Source: an uncultured Acidobacteriota bacterium (GTDB lineage: Bacteria; Acidobacteriota; UBA6911). From it: a stretch of 64,000 nt of DNA. The stretch covers positions 768,001 through 832,000 of the forward strand of contig CAWJKZ010000014.1 in NCBI GenBank assembly GCA_963843575.1, read 5' to 3'. The notes under the pieces were generated by a model. The model ran no database searches. It was not told the origin of the DNA and saw nothing but the letters and a program-made list of their open reading frames with translations. Shown here piece by piece: positions 45,170-55,871 of this stretch (position 1 is the stretch's first letter; the number at the start of each line of letters is the position of its first letter). The translations under genes were made by a program, and so were the position numbers.

Positions 45170-47816
45170 GCCTGCCTGGGCCGTTTTTCAGCTCGTCAAT
45201 TCTCTGGGCCACGTCGCGATAACTCGGATCGACGCCGAAAATCTCGCCAAAGCACTGCAAGGCTCGTTCCGCATCACCGGTTCCGCTGTGGGCAACCCCC
45301 ATATCATACCGGAGCGCGAGGGCTTCGTGCGAGCAAAACTCGGTGAGGCCCAAGCCGGTCTGGCACCAGCGGATGGCGGACCGCGGCATCCCTTTTTCAA
45401 GATAGCAGGTGCTGAGCATCCCGCAGCACTGGATCACTTCCTTCCGGTGTCTCGAAGCGTCGAGCGCCTTGACTGCGGCCTGGAACTCGGAGATGGCATC
45501 GTCAATCAGCGCCATTTCCCGGTAGGCTGTTCCAAGGGTGAAATGGGTTTCGAAGTCCTCGCGGGCGATTTCCCTGTCCGTCAGCGCGTTGACCTCATCT
45601 ATGAGATCGGCGAACATGGCGTTCACCTGTCCCTCGTGGGCGATGGCGTTGGCCGCCCCGGCCCCCTGGGGGACGACCTCGGTCGCGGCGGCGGCCGCCC
45701 CCGCGGAGGGCGCTTCGGCTTGCGGCGGAAGATCGAGCGATAGCTGATCGACCGCCTCCACCGGCACATCAAGGACGGAAAAGTCGTCCGGAGCGTCCGC
45801 ATCCGTCTCGCCGAACTGCGGCTCGAACGCCGGTGCGCCGGTGGCGGTTTCCGCCAGACCGTTCGACGGCGACATCGAGGCGGCGTCGGAGAGCTTGGCA
45901 TAGCGCGACGGCAGCTCGGGGTGATCGGGGTTCAGCCGGGCTATTTCGTCCAGCTTCGCCCGGGCCTCGTCGGCGAACCCGAGCCGGATATAAAAGTCCA
46001 CTTCCTGGAGCTGGTCCTGCAGGGACTCGGGGGCCGCCTTCGGGGTAGCGACGCCCTGGCTGTATTCCTCGACGAACTCGCTCGGAGGAATCGCAGTGTC
46101 CGGTTCCACGGCGTCGGTCCCGCCGCCGTCCTTGAAGAAAATCTCCGAGAGATCGCCGGAGAGATCGACCTCCAGGCTGCCGGATTTCTGGGAGCCGCCC
46201 TCGGTCATACCGGGGAGTGTCAGCTCTATGCCGTGCTGCCGGGCGAAGGCTGCCAGGTCGAAGCGCGCGTCGATGAGTTCCGGACTGAGCTTCCGCGCCT
46301 CGTCCATGTGCCGCTGGGCGGCCTCCTCATTGTTGGACCGGCGCTCGAGCGCCGCCAGTATGGCACACTGCTCCGCGGCTTTCGCCGGGCTGGCCGAGTC
46401 GCGGAACACAGTAGCCAGCCGCACGTGCACGGCTTTGTCGGAAGGATCCTTGGCCGCCAGTTCTTGAAGCATGTCCAGGGCCTTGTCCGTCATCCCATAG
46501 CTGAGGAGCAGGTCGATTTCGACGAACTTCGCGCCACCCCCTTCGCCCGCGGCCACCGCATCGCGCGCGCTTGCCGAGATGTCCAGCGGCGGTTTTCGGA
46601 GCCCTTCGACGGGCATAACCGGCGGAGTGTAGGGGGAGTCCGGGTAAGCCTGAGCGAACGCCTCCTGGTGCAGCCGCAGATACTTGTCCTCCGCTGCGAT
46701 CTGGAGGATCTTCTCGAGGGGTTCGAGCGCCAGTTTCGGGGCCTGACAATCCAGGTGGTGGAGGGCGATTCGCTCGAGGGTGTCGATGTACTTCGGCTGG
46801 TCGTTCACGGCCGAGTAGATGTCCCCGAGACGGCTGAGCGCCGGGACGTGAGACGGCTCCTTCTCCAGGATCCGCTCGTAGGACTCGGCCGCCCGGTCGG
46901 TCTCACGCCGGCTGACCAGCTTCGGGAAGATCGGGTCGAGCGCGGAGGCCGCGCCGTCGAGGTCCCCGGCTTCGAAAAACGCGTTGCCCACGTCGAAGAA
47001 ATGCGGGTACCGGGATTCGTCGAGCGCGACCGTCATTTCGAAAGCGATCGATGCGCTCTTGATGTCGCCGTTGGCGAGGTGGGCCTCACCCAGCATCTCA
47101 CGGAAGTCGACGCTGTCCGGCACGATGGAGAGCGCGTGTTTGAGCTGTTCGACCGCGGGCGCAAGGTCGGACGTGTGGATCGAACAGTCCAGGAATCCCC
47201 TCATCGTCTCGACGTCGATGGGGTCGAGCTCGAGCGACCGGCGGAAGGAGTGCGCGGCGGCGCCATGATTTCCGGCCTTCACCTGAGCCCGGCCGGCGCC
47301 GGCAAAATAGACTTGGGCTTTCTCTTTGATCCCCTCCGCCAGGTAAATCTCCGCAAGCTTCAGCTGGACTGCGGAGTTGGCGGGGTCCATCTCGACAGCC
47401 TTGGCGTAGGCGTCGAGCGATTCCTGCGTCTTGCCCTCCCGCGTGCAGATCTCCGCGACCCGCAGGTACTGGTTGCGGGCGTCCACGCTCAGCCCCTGCT
47501 TTGCGTAAAGCTCGGCCAGCGTCTGGTTGATTTCGAAATTCTGGGGGTTCGCGTTGAGGATCTTCTTGTAGACGGCAATGGCTTTGAGGAGGAAGTTGTT
47601 GCGCGCATAGGCCTCCGCGACCTGCACGAACGCGCGGTTGGCGTCCTCGGTCCGCCCCAGCCGGAGGTAAAGATCGCCGATAGTGTTGAGGGTCAGGACG
47701 TCGCTCGGGTCGCTTTTGACGACCTTGAGGTACTCGGCTATCGCCTGAGGGACTTTGCCCTGCATCACGTACTTCTCGGCATCCCTCAGCAGTCTGGACT
47801 TGGTGTCAACAGCCAT
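45159..47816 (-). CDS. large tetratricopeptide-repeat protein with acidic linker and C-terminal TPR domain
   Basis: Many TPR units, low-complexity acidic linker, EVDFYIRLG segment, ETHFTLGTAYREMAL. Confidence 0.88.
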   Translation of the reverse strand: MAVDTKSRLLRDAEKYVMQGKVPQAIAEYLKVVKSDPSDVLTLNTIGDLYLRLGRTEDANRAFVQVAEAYARNNFLLKAIAVYKKILNANPQNFEINQTLAELYAKQGLSVDARNQYLRVAEICTREGKTQESLDAYAKAVEMDPANSAVQLKLAEIYLAEGIKEKAQVYFAGAGRAQVKAGNHGAAAHSFRRSLELDPIDVETMRGFLDCSIHTSDLAPAVEQLKHALSIVPDSVDFREMLGEAHLANGDIKSASIAFEMTVALDESRYPHFFDVGNAFFEAGDLDGAASALDPIFPKLVSRRETDRAAESYERILEKEPSHVPALSRLGDIYSAVNDQPKYIDTLERIALHHLDCQAPKLALEPLEKILQIAAEDKYLRLHQEAFAQAYPDSPYTPPVMPVEGLRKPPLDISASARDAVAAGEGGGAKFVEIDLLLSYGMTDKALDMLQELAAKDPSDKAVHVRLATVFRDSASPAKAAEQCAILAALERRSNNEEAAQRHMDEARKLSPELIDARFDLAAFARQHGIELTLPGMTEGGSQKSGSLEVDLSGDLSEIFFKDGGGTDAVEPDTAIPPSEFVEEYSQGVATPKAAPESLQDQLQEVDFYIRLGFADEARAKLDEIARLNPDHPELPSRYAKLSDAASMSPSNGLAETATGAPAFEPQFGETDADAPDDFSVLDVPVEAVDQLSLDLPPQAEAPSAGAAAAATEVVPQGAGAANAIAHEGQVNAMFADLIDEVNALTDREIAREDFETHFTLGTAYREMALIDDAISEFQAAVKALDASRHRKEVIQCCGMLSTCYLEKGMPRSAIRWCQTGLGLTEFCSHEALALRYDMGVAHSGTGDAERALQCFGEIFGVDPSYRDVAQRIDELKNGPGRHVP

Positions 47817-48193
47817 GATCCCCCCCCACGGTCTCTGGCCGACAGGCATACGCTTAGACCCGCCGGCCCCGGGGATACGTGTCCAATGTCGACGGAACGG
47901 GATTCTGAGACCTGCAGATGGTAAGACGAGGCACTCGCGCGCAGACCACGGCGGGAGCCTTAGGCAGATCCGGTGCAGCGACACCGAACGTCAGCCCGGA
48001 CTGGGCCGCCCTGGAGATAGGGCCACGCGGGTGCGGGCGACAGCGGCGACAAGCGGCGGTTCCGCCTCTTGACGCCGCGCCGCGCCGGTCTGTGCGGCTG
48101 ACGGTCGGTTCACCTGTTTCACTCCGTGGCCATGTCGGCTTCGTTACCGCCCAGATCGCCATCGAAGGGTCCCGGCCGCCCCGCAGGAGTCGG

Positions 48194-48576
48194 TTAGTTC
48201 GTGCTCGACACCGCGCTCGGTTCGCGCTCGGTCCGGCCGATTTCCTTCAGCCGGCCTGCCTTGCCGCGGCGGCCCTCTGAGATAGTACGAGTCGCGCCCG
48301 GCGTACTTTCCCGCTCTTCGTGATCTCGACTTTTTCGATCACGGGCGAGTGGACCGGGAAGATCCGTTCGACCCCGTACCCCGAAGACACCTTTCGGACC
48401 GTGAAGGTCGAAGAGATCCGGTTCCGCTTCAAGGCCAGCACGACACCTTCGAAGATCTGGATGCGGTACTTGTCTCCTTCCTTGATCTTGACGTGGACCC
48501 GCACGGTATCGCCCGAGCGGAACCTCGGAAGATCACTCCGCATTTGAGAATTATCGACCGCCTGCATCAAGTTCAT
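48194..48576 (-). CDS. rplS: 50S ribosomal protein L19 (frameshift near C-terminus)
   Basis: [29 protein letters not shown]. Confidence 0.96.
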
Positions 48577-48691
48577 GACACACTCCTTGGCAAAAAAGTG
48601 CCGCCTTGCCGGAAAGCCTGGAACCGCGCGCAGGACAAATCGGCCTGCCGGATGCTCGCCAGAGATCCCGCAAGTATTGTAAAATAAAACT

Positions 48692-49379
48692 TTAGTTGGT
48701 CCTTCTGCGCCAGCTCGGGACGGATCTGCGGGTCCTCTCAAGCGCCCGTTCCCTGCGCCACCGCTCGATGCGGGCGTGATTCGCCCGACAGGAGCACTTC
48801 CGGGACCGCCATTCCCCTGAAGACGGCAGGCCGCGTATACTGGGGATAGTCCAGCAATCCCGTCGAAAAGCTCTCGTTCCGGGCGGAGTCCCGGTTGCCC
48901 AGGGCCCCCGGGATCAGGCGAATCACGGAATCCAGGACGATCATGGCCGGGATCTCGCCGCCGGTGAGCACGAAATCGCCGACCGAGACTTCCCTGTCCA
49001 CCAGGGTCTCGACGACCCGCTGGTCGACACCCTCATACCTCCCGCAGATCAGGATCAGGTGAGGAAGCGCCGCGAATTCCTCGGCTGTATTCTGCCTCCA
49101 CGTCCGTCCCTGCGGCGTGAGCAGCACGACCTGGCAACCCGGGACGGCGTCGCGCCGGCAGAATTCCACGGCCTCAAACAGCGGGCCGGGCATAAAAACC
49201 ATCCCTTCGCCGCCCCCATAGGGGCGGTCGTCAACCGAGCGGTGCCTGTCGGTCGTGAAATCCCGGAGATTGACTATCCGGACGTCCACGATTCCCGAGC
49301 TGCGGGCGCGCCGCACTATCCCGCATTCCAGAACGCCGGCGAAGAGTTCGGGAAAAATCGTGATGATATCAAATCTCAT
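48692..49379 (-). CDS. trmD: tRNA (guanine-N1)-methyltransferase (frameshift near C-terminus)
   Basis: [30 protein letters not shown]. Confidence 0.96.
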
Positions 49380-49909
49380 TCGTTCAGGTCCACCAATCCT
49401 TCGGGCAAATCGACGACGATGCGTTTGTCGGGTATCGAGATCTCCCGAAACACGTCTGCGGCGACCGGGACCATGAACTCGCCGGACTCGCCCCGGATGA
49501 CCAGCTGGCGATTTCCGGAGAGGCGCAAGACATCGGCGACTCTTCCCAGGATGCGTCCACCTCGGCCGACGACGACACACCCCACCAGGTCGTGGTCGAA
49601 GTACGTGCCGGCCGGAAGCGTGACGGCTTCGGCCTCCTCGACCTGGACCCAGGCCCCGACCAACCTCTGGGCAGCGGAAATGGAATCGACTCCCGTGAGT
49701 TTGAGGACCGGTCGGCCCTTGTGCTCCCAAATGCGCTCGACGGCGTACCGCTCCCGCGAGCCGTCGGCGAACTCCAGCCACACGGCGTCCACGAGGCTGA
49801 ATCGCTCGGGAAAATCCGTGTAGGACTCGGCCACCAACTCTCCGCGGATGCCGCGGGTCCGGACGATTCTGGCGATGCTGACGAAGGGCGGGCGGGTGAT
49901 CGGCTCCAC
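49376..49909 (-). CDS. rimM: ribosome maturation factor RimM
   Basis: [20 protein letters not shown] barrel; gene context. Confidence 0.93.
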   Translation of the reverse strand: MEPITRPPFVSIARIVRTRGIRGELVAESYTDFPERFSLVDAVWLEFADGSRERYAVERIWEHKGRPVLKLTGVDSISAAQRLVGAWVQVEEAEAVTLPAGTYFDHDLVGCVVVGRGGRILGRVADVLRLSGNRQLVIRGESGEFMVPVAADVFREISIPDKRIVVDLPEGLVDLNE

Positions 49910-50140
49910 TATTCCAGGATTTCCAGGACGAACCGTCTTGCGCAACTTCATGCCGGCGGCACCGAGCAGCGTGCGGATGCAGCGCGCGGTGCGGCCCTGC
50001 TTGCCGATCACTTTGCCCAAGTCGGTCGGTGCGACGCGCAGTTCCAGCACCGTGGTTTGTTCCCCCTCCACTTCGGTCACGACAACCTGCTCAGGATTGT
50101 CCACGAGCGCTTTCGCAATCATTTCCACAAGCTCTTTCAT
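49909..50140 (-). CDS. khpA: KH domain RNA-binding protein
   Basis: [13 protein letters not shown]; lies between rpsP and rimM; a frameshift fuses it to rimM in the ORF track. Confidence 0.93.
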
Positions 50141-50222
50141 AACCGGGTCCCCTTCCGATCGCACATCTACACCTTGCCTGCTCGGGAGCTACCTTGGGTG
50201 CTGGTACAGGGTGAACGACAGC

Positions 50223-50480
50223 TTAGCTTTGGGGGGCTGAAGCAGCAGGGGTCGCCCTTTTCAGCAGAGAGCTCACCGTCTCCGAAGGCTGAGCGCCCCG
50301 TTCCATCCAGTGCTGAACCCTCTCCATGTTGAGCTCGACCGATGGAGGGTCCGTGCGAGGATTGTAGTGTCCCACGATCTCGACGAAACTCCCGTCACGA
50401 GCCTGTCTCTGCTCAGAAACCACCACACGATAGAATGGTTTCTTCTTCGCACCCATTCGCGTCAAACGTATTCTTAACAA
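50223..50480 (-). CDS. rpsP: 30S ribosomal protein S16
   Basis: RIRLTRMGAKKKPFYRVVV, GAQPSETV. Confidence 0.97.
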   Translation of the reverse strand: MLRIRLTRMGAKKKPFYRVVVSEQRQARDGSFVEIVGHYNPRTDPPSVELNMERVQHWMERGAQPSETVSSLLKRATPAASAPQS

Positions 50481-50562
50481 AACTCCTCCTCAATTGAAAG
50501 GGTCCATAAACCTTGTTAATTCTGACACATAAGTACGTTGGATGCAACCGTCCGAAACGCGC

Positions 50563-51897
50563 CTAGCCCGGGAACCGCATGCCGCGCATCATGCGCGGCA
50601 TGATACCGCGGCTCAGGCTCTTCATCATCTTGCGGGTCTCGACATACTGTTTCAGGAGGCGATTGATCTCCTGGACGGGACGGCCGCTGCCGCGTGCGAT
50701 GCGTTTGCGGCGGCTGCCGTTCAGAAGGTGATGGTGAGCTCGTTCCTCCGGCGTCATCGAATTGATGATGGCTTCGATGTGGATCAGCTCTTTCTCGTCC
50801 ACCTTCATGTTGCCGAGCCCCCGCAGCGGCCCCATGTTCGGGAGCATGCCGAGGATCTGCTCGAGCGGGCCCATCTTGCGGATCTGGCGCAGCTGGTCGC
50901 GGAAATCGTCGAGCGTGAACTCGTCTTTGCGGATCTTCTCCGCCATTTCGAGCGCCTGCTCCTGATCGACCGCCTGCTCGGCCTTTTCGATCAGCGAGAG
51001 GACGTCGCCCATCCCCAGGATCCGGCCCGCCACCCGGTCGGGATAGAACGGTTCCAGCGCGTCCGCCTTTTCGCCCGTTCCGACGAACTTGATCGACTGG
51101 CCCGTGACACTCTTGATGGACAGCGCGGCGCCACCGCGGGCGTCGCCGTCCATCTTGGTCAGGATTACGCCCGTCAAGCCGAGCCGATCGTGAAAATCTT
51201 TCGCGCTGCGGACCGCGTCCTGGCCCGTCATGGCGTCGGCCACCAGCAGGATCTCCGTCGGAGGCGCGACGCTGCGCAGGCGCTCCAGCTCCCGCATCAT
51301 CTCCTCGTCGATGTGAAGCCGGCCGGCCGTGTCGACGAGGACCACGTCATAGCCGCTGTTGCGCGCGTGCCGCAGGCCCTGCTCCGCCCGGGCAACCGGG
51401 TCGTCGTTCCCCGGGGCGTCGAAGTACCCGAGGCGGTTGTCGGCGCACAGTACCCGCAGCTGCTCGACCGCCGCGGGACGGTAGACGTCCACCGACAGCA
51501 GCAGCGGCGTGTGGTTGTTCTTGGTGAGCCAGACGCCGAGTTTCGCGGTCGTGGTCGTCTTGCCGGATCCCTGCAGCCCGACCATCAGGTAGACGGAAGG
51601 GGGCTGCTTGGAGAAGACCGGCTCGCTCTGGCTGCCGCCGAGGAGGGTCACCAGCTCGTCGCGCACGACCTTGACGACCTGCTGGCCGGGAGTGAGCGCC
51701 TCCATCACCTCCTGGCCCAGCGCGCGTTGCTTGACACGCTCGACGAAGTCCTTGGCGATCTTGTAGTGGACATCGGCATCCAGGAGAGCGTTGCGGATTT
51801 CGCGGGTGGTCTCCTCGACGTGCCGCTCCGACACTCGGCCCTGGCCGCGCAGGTCTTTGAGGATCTTCTGAAGCTTGTTGGACAGACTCTCCAGCAT
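50563..51897 (-). CDS. ffh: signal recognition particle protein
   Basis: GLQGSGKTT, DTAGR, TKMDG, M domain RIARGSG. Confidence 0.98.
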   Translation of the reverse strand: MLESLSNKLQKILKDLRGQGRVSERHVEETTREIRNALLDADVHYKIAKDFVERVKQRALGQEVMEALTPGQQVVKVVRDELVTLLGGSQSEPVFSKQPPSVYLMVGLQGSGKTTTTAKLGVWLTKNNHTPLLLSVDVYRPAAVEQLRVLCADNRLGYFDAPGNDDPVARAEQGLRHARNSGYDVVLVDTAGRLHIDEEMMRELERLRSVAPPTEILLVADAMTGQDAVRSAKDFHDRLGLTGVILTKMDGDARGGAALSIKSVTGQSIKFVGTGEKADALEPFYPDRVAGRILGMGDVLSLIEKAEQAVDQEQALEMAEKIRKDEFTLDDFRDQLRQIRKMGPLEQILGMLPNMGPLRGLGNMKVDEKELIHIEAIINSMTPEERAHHHLLNGSRRKRIARGSGRPVQEINRLLKQYVETRKMMKSLSRGIMPRMMRGMRFPG

Positions 51898-52059
51898 TTC
51901 GTTCCTGGGAAACCAGCCGGGATTCGACTAGCGAACGGGGGGTTCCTGCACTAAGATAACAGTTTTGGGCAAAGTAAGACCGCCTTGCCCAAACAGGGCA
52001 ATCGACAAAGGCTACTTGCGCGGGTTTTTTCAGTCAAGCGAATTCAGGACGGCTCCATC

Positions 52060-53958
52060 ATGAGACACGTCGTAGTCGGGACCGCCGGTCACATCGACCA
52101 CGGCAAGAGCGCCCTGGTGAAGGCGCTCACCGGGACCGATCCCGACAGGCTCAAGGAAGAGCAGTTGCGCGGCATCACCATCGATCTCGGGTTCGCGCAC
52201 CTGGATCTCGGCGACCTGCAGATCGGCTTTGTCGATGTTCCGGGCCATGAGAAGTTCGTCAAGAACATGCTGGCCGGGATCGGCGGGATCGATTTTGTGC
52301 TGCTCGTGGTGGCAGCCGACGAATCGATCATGCCCCAGACCCGGGAGCATTTCGACATCTGCCGCCTACTCGGGATCCCTGCCGGGGTCATCGCCTTGAC
52401 CAAGTGCGACGCCGTCGAAACGGAACTGGTTGAGCTCGTGCGCGAGGAGGTGCGAGACGCCGTCTCGGGCTCCTTTCTGGAATCGGCCCGCGTGGTGGCA
52501 GTCAGCTCAAAGACGGGAGAGGGCATCGACGCCCTCAAGGCTGCGCTGCACGATTGCGCGATGGGCCTCAAGCCGAGGCGCCCGGACCAGTTGCTGCGGT
52601 TGCCGGTCGACCGCGCCTTCAGCATCCACGGCTTCGGCACCGTAGTCACCGGCACGTTGACCTCCGGCGAGCTGCACAGGGAGCAGGAGGTCGAGCTGAT
52701 CCCCTCCGGCGCGACCGCGCGGGTTCGCGGGCTGCAGGTGCACGGGTCGACCACCGAACGAGCGGTGGCGGGCCAGCGCACGGCGGTGAACCTGCAGGGC
52801 ATCGACCTGTCGCAGGTTTCGCGCGGGATGGTCGTCACGGTTCCCCACCGTTTCCAGGCCACCAGTATCCTCGATGCGCACATCCATCTGCTCCCGTCGG
52901 CGCGTCCGTTGCGGAATCTCCTCAAGGTCCGTTTCCACCAAGGCACCGCCGAGGTGCTGGCGCGGGTCGCACTCCTCAACCAGGAGACCCTTGCCCCGGG
53001 GAAATCCGGATTTGCCCAGCTGCGGCTGGATTCCCCGGTCTTCTGCCTGCATGGGGACGCGTTCATCATCCGCCAGTTCTCCCCCACCGTCACCATTGGG
53101 GGGGGACGGGTCCTGAATCCGCACCCCGTCAAGCACAGGAGCACGGATCGGGATGTGGTCGCCGGCCTCGACGTGCTTGCCCGCGGAACGATGATGGAGA
53201 AGATCCCGGTTCTCCTCGCGTCCCTTCCCGGCCGGGCCGTAGACCTCGGCCAGCTGAACTCCATCCTCGGTCTGCCCGAACCCGAGCTCAAGCGCCTTTG
53301 CGGTGAGCTCGTCGCGTCAGGCACCCTCGTCATGGTCGCCGCACCCTCGCCCATCCTGCTCCTCCCGTCCGTTGTGTCGGCGCTCGAAAGCGAGACACTC
53401 GCCCTCGTCGCGGGCTTTCACGAGAGCAATCCCCTGCTGAAGGGGATCTCGCGGGAAGAGCTGCGCAAGAAAAGCTATGACGACCTTCCCGCGGAGGCCT
53501 TCCGGTACTGTCTCGAACGCCTGGTCGCCCGCCGCGCAATCGCCCTGCAGGAGGAACTCGTTTTGTTGCACGGCCGGGAGGTGCACCTGTCAACCGACGG
53601 CCAGCAGGTGCGGGAAAGGATCGAGTCCCTCTTCCGCAAGGCGGGGTATCAGCCTCCGCCGGTGTCGGAACTGGCGGCGGCAGTCGCCGCGCCCCTCGAA
53701 GAGGTCCGACGGATATACTTCTGGATGCTGAAGGAGAAAATCCTCGTAAAGATATCAGACGAATTGGCTTACCACAACGAGACGCTCGACGAGATCAGGA
53801 GCTCCATCCGCGGTCGTTTTGCGCCGGGTGACAAGTTCGGGGTGGCGGACTTCAAACAGATGTTTGACCTGACCCGCAAGCACGCGATCCCGCTGCTGGA
53901 GTTTTTCGACCGGGAGCGCTTCACGCGGCGGATGGGAAACGACCGGATCCTGCTCTGA
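52060..53958 (+). CDS. selB: selenocysteine-specific elongation factor
   Basis: [18 protein letters not shown]-terminal winged helix [10 protein letters not shown]. Confidence 0.96.
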   Translation: MRHVVVGTAGHIDHGKSALVKALTGTDPDRLKEEQLRGITIDLGFAHLDLGDLQIGFVDVPGHEKFVKNMLAGIGGIDFVLLVVAADESIMPQTREHFDICRLLGIPAGVIALTKCDAVETELVELVREEVRDAVSGSFLESARVVAVSSKTGEGIDALKAALHDCAMGLKPRRPDQLLRLPVDRAFSIHGFGTVVTGTLTSGELHREQEVELIPSGATARVRGLQVHGSTTERAVAGQRTAVNLQGIDLSQVSRGMVVTVPHRFQATSILDAHIHLLPSARPLRNLLKVRFHQGTAEVLARVALLNQETLAPGKSGFAQLRLDSPVFCLHGDAFIIRQFSPTVTIGGGRVLNPHPVKHRSTDRDVVAGLDVLARGTMMEKIPVLLASLPGRAVDLGQLNSILGLPEPELKRLCGELVASGTLVMVAAPSPILLLPSVVSALESETLALVAGFHESNPLLKGISREELRKKSYDDLPAEAFRYCLERLVARRAIALQEELVLLHGREVHLSTDGQQVRERIESLFRKAGYQPPPVSELAAAVAAPLEEVRRIYFWMLKEKILVKISDELAYHNETLDEIRSSIRGRFAPGDKFGVADFKQMFDLTRKHAIPLLEFFDRERFTRRMGNDRILL

Positions 53959-53994
53959 CCGTCCCCCGCAGCACGGGGGGCGCCGAAGCGGTGA

Positions 53995-54023
53995 TTGACT
54001 TCCCAGGGGGCCTCAAGTACCCT
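53995..54023 (+). promoter_or_regulatory. putative sigma70 promoter for tatA
   Basis: TTGACT-17 nt-TACCCT, after a GC hairpin (53960-53982) that follows selB. Confidence 0.5.
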
Positions 54024-54059
54024 TTGGTCGGGCCCAATGCCAAATCAGTGGAGGTACTT

Positions 54060-54233
54060 ATGTTCGGCTCTCTAGGGATGCCTGAGCTGTTGGTCATCCT
54101 CGTAATCGTGATATTTATCTTCGGCGTCAACAAGATTCCGCAGCTGGGGAAAGGGCTCGGCGAAGGTATCCGTAACTTTAAGTCCTCTCTCAAAGCCGGC
54201 CAGGAAGAATCGGAGAAGTCCGAGAAGCACTGA
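54060..54233 (+). CDS. tatA: twin-arginine translocase TatA/E
   Basis: [35 protein letters not shown]; GGAGG RBS. Confidence 0.95.
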   Translation: MFGSLGMPELLVILVIVIFIFGVNKIPQLGKGLGEGIRNFKSSLKAGQEESEKSEKH

Positions 54234-54246
54234 GGCTCGCGGAGCA

Positions 54247-55791
54247 TTACCGTCTTGGATCCGCCGAGCCGTCTGGCTCCGCACCACATGTGACACGGGT
54301 GCGGTTGAGCACCCGGACCCCACACCGCCAATCCTCATTGACCGAAATCTTCCAAACGTCAAGCGAAGGATCCAGGTAGCCGAGGATTTTTTCCGTCGAG
54401 TCGTGAAACGAGAACACGGGCGAGACGAGGTAGATCCTCGGCCGGCGCCTGTTCAGGGTAGTTTCGGCAAAATACCCGCGGCGCTCGAAGTCGCCGCGGT
54501 TGTTGTGCTGTACCACCCGCCCCCAGTAATCCAGCGCCTGGACAGGCAGCCCGGGATCCATGGAGACTTTCAATTCCATGACCACGAGGGTTCCCTGCCG
54601 GTCAACCCCGAGGATATCGACGCGGCCGGGGTCCGACCCGAGGTACACCGGTATCTGCGAATAGACTGCCTCCGGGGCCATCTCAGGGAACAACCTTGCC
54701 GCATCGTCCAGGATGAGGGACTCGAGCCAGCGCTCGGCCTGCATCCGGTAGTACGGATGGCTGGTTGAGGGGCTGTCGGCGCGGCGAAAGTAGAGGATCT
54801 CCCCCACCAACGCACGCAACGACTCGAAGTTGTCGTCGGTCAGTTCCGTTTTCTGCCCACCCACGCCGAACATGATGCGGCTCCTGTCCTCGCCGACGGC
54901 ACGAGCGAACTCCAGGCCCGAGAGCCGCAGCGAGTCGTAGTCCTGAAATCGCGGGTAGCGTCGTATGCATTCGGGCGCGAGTTCGAGAACCCTTGCGAGC
55001 AGCGCGCTCCAGCGGAAGGGCCCAAGCACCGGCCAGCGGAAATCCCGGTTTTCCACCGGCGGTCCGGGAGCGTGGGCCCGTCGCACCTCGACTCCTTCCC
55101 CGCAGGGGGAGAGTTCCCAGAGCGAGGCACGCACCTTCGCGCGGTCAGTGTGCCGGGCGCAGTGGTAGACGACCCCCGACAGCGGCGGAGGAACCAATAG
55201 CAGAACCCGCGCCACCCTGCCGTGGGAACTTCGGCGGGCGAGTTGCTCCAGGCTGAGCAGCGCCTGGGTGACGACGGCGTGAGGTTCCGGAAGCGCCGTG
55301 GCCGGGTCGGCGGCCAGCAGCAGAAACTCGCGTTCGCGCCAACTGAAGACGACCCGGAGAAAGACGCCCGAGATGCTGTGCGCCAGGTCCCGCACCTTCG
55401 CAACCTTGCGGAGGCGTGCCGCGGGGAAACGCTCCGCCAGCCAGCGGCGCACCGGCAGCCACAGAGAACGAATGCCGTCGGGGGGGGCCGCGCGCGAGGC
55501 TTCCCCGATCACCGCCAGGTGGTGCGCCGGGGCGCACGTCTCGTTCCGGGCGAGGATCTCCATCCCCCCGGTGACGGAACGCACCGAGGTGGCCCGCACG
55601 TCAATCCGGCGGCCGGCTGCCTCCACAGATACCGTCACGGCCTCCCCGGAGCAGCGCCACCGGATACGTACCTCGGACAGGTCCCCCAGCCGCTGGCCGT
55701 CCCAGAACACCACGGCATCCGCCGGAGCCGAGTCGAGGAACGACAGAAGTGTTCGGCACTTGCGCAGATGAGTTGTACCGAGCGATCGCAT
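54247..55791 (-). CDS. hypothetical protein with C-terminal PD-(D/E)XK (NucS-like) nuclease motif
   Basis: ERWLES...VDILGVD...VVMELK...QALDY. Confidence 0.7.
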   Translation of the reverse strand: MRSLGTTHLRKCRTLLSFLDSAPADAVVFWDGQRLGDLSEVRIRWRCSGEAVTVSVEAAGRRIDVRATSVRSVTGGMEILARNETCAPAHHLAVIGEASRAAPPDGIRSLWLPVRRWLAERFPAARLRKVAKVRDLAHSISGVFLRVVFSWREREFLLLAADPATALPEPHAVVTQALLSLEQLARRSSHGRVARVLLLVPPPLSGVVYHCARHTDRAKVRASLWELSPCGEGVEVRRAHAPGPPVENRDFRWPVLGPFRWSALLARVLELAPECIRRYPRFQDYDSLRLSGLEFARAVGEDRSRIMFGVGGQKTELTDDNFESLRALVGEILYFRRADSPSTSHPYYRMQAERWLESLILDDAARLFPEMAPEAVYSQIPVYLGSDPGRVDILGVDRQGTLVVMELKVSMDPGLPVQALDYWGRVVQHNNRGDFERRGYFAETTLNRRRPRIYLVSPVFSFHDSTEKILGYLDPSLDVWKISVNEDWRCGVRVLNRTRVTCGAEPDGSADPRR

Positions 55792-55871
55792 CGTCGCAGT
55801 CCTGATACTCTCCCCCGGAAAGTTTCGGCTGCTTACGATTTATGTCCGGAATTGTGCTAGTGTAACCTCCC

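Noticed and set aside
47817-48193. 377-bp spacer after rplS as an ncRNA (SRP RNA, tRNA-Sec, 6S) or small gene
   Set aside because: No recognisable conserved motif, cloverleaf or long stem; the ORFs look like GC-rich noise.
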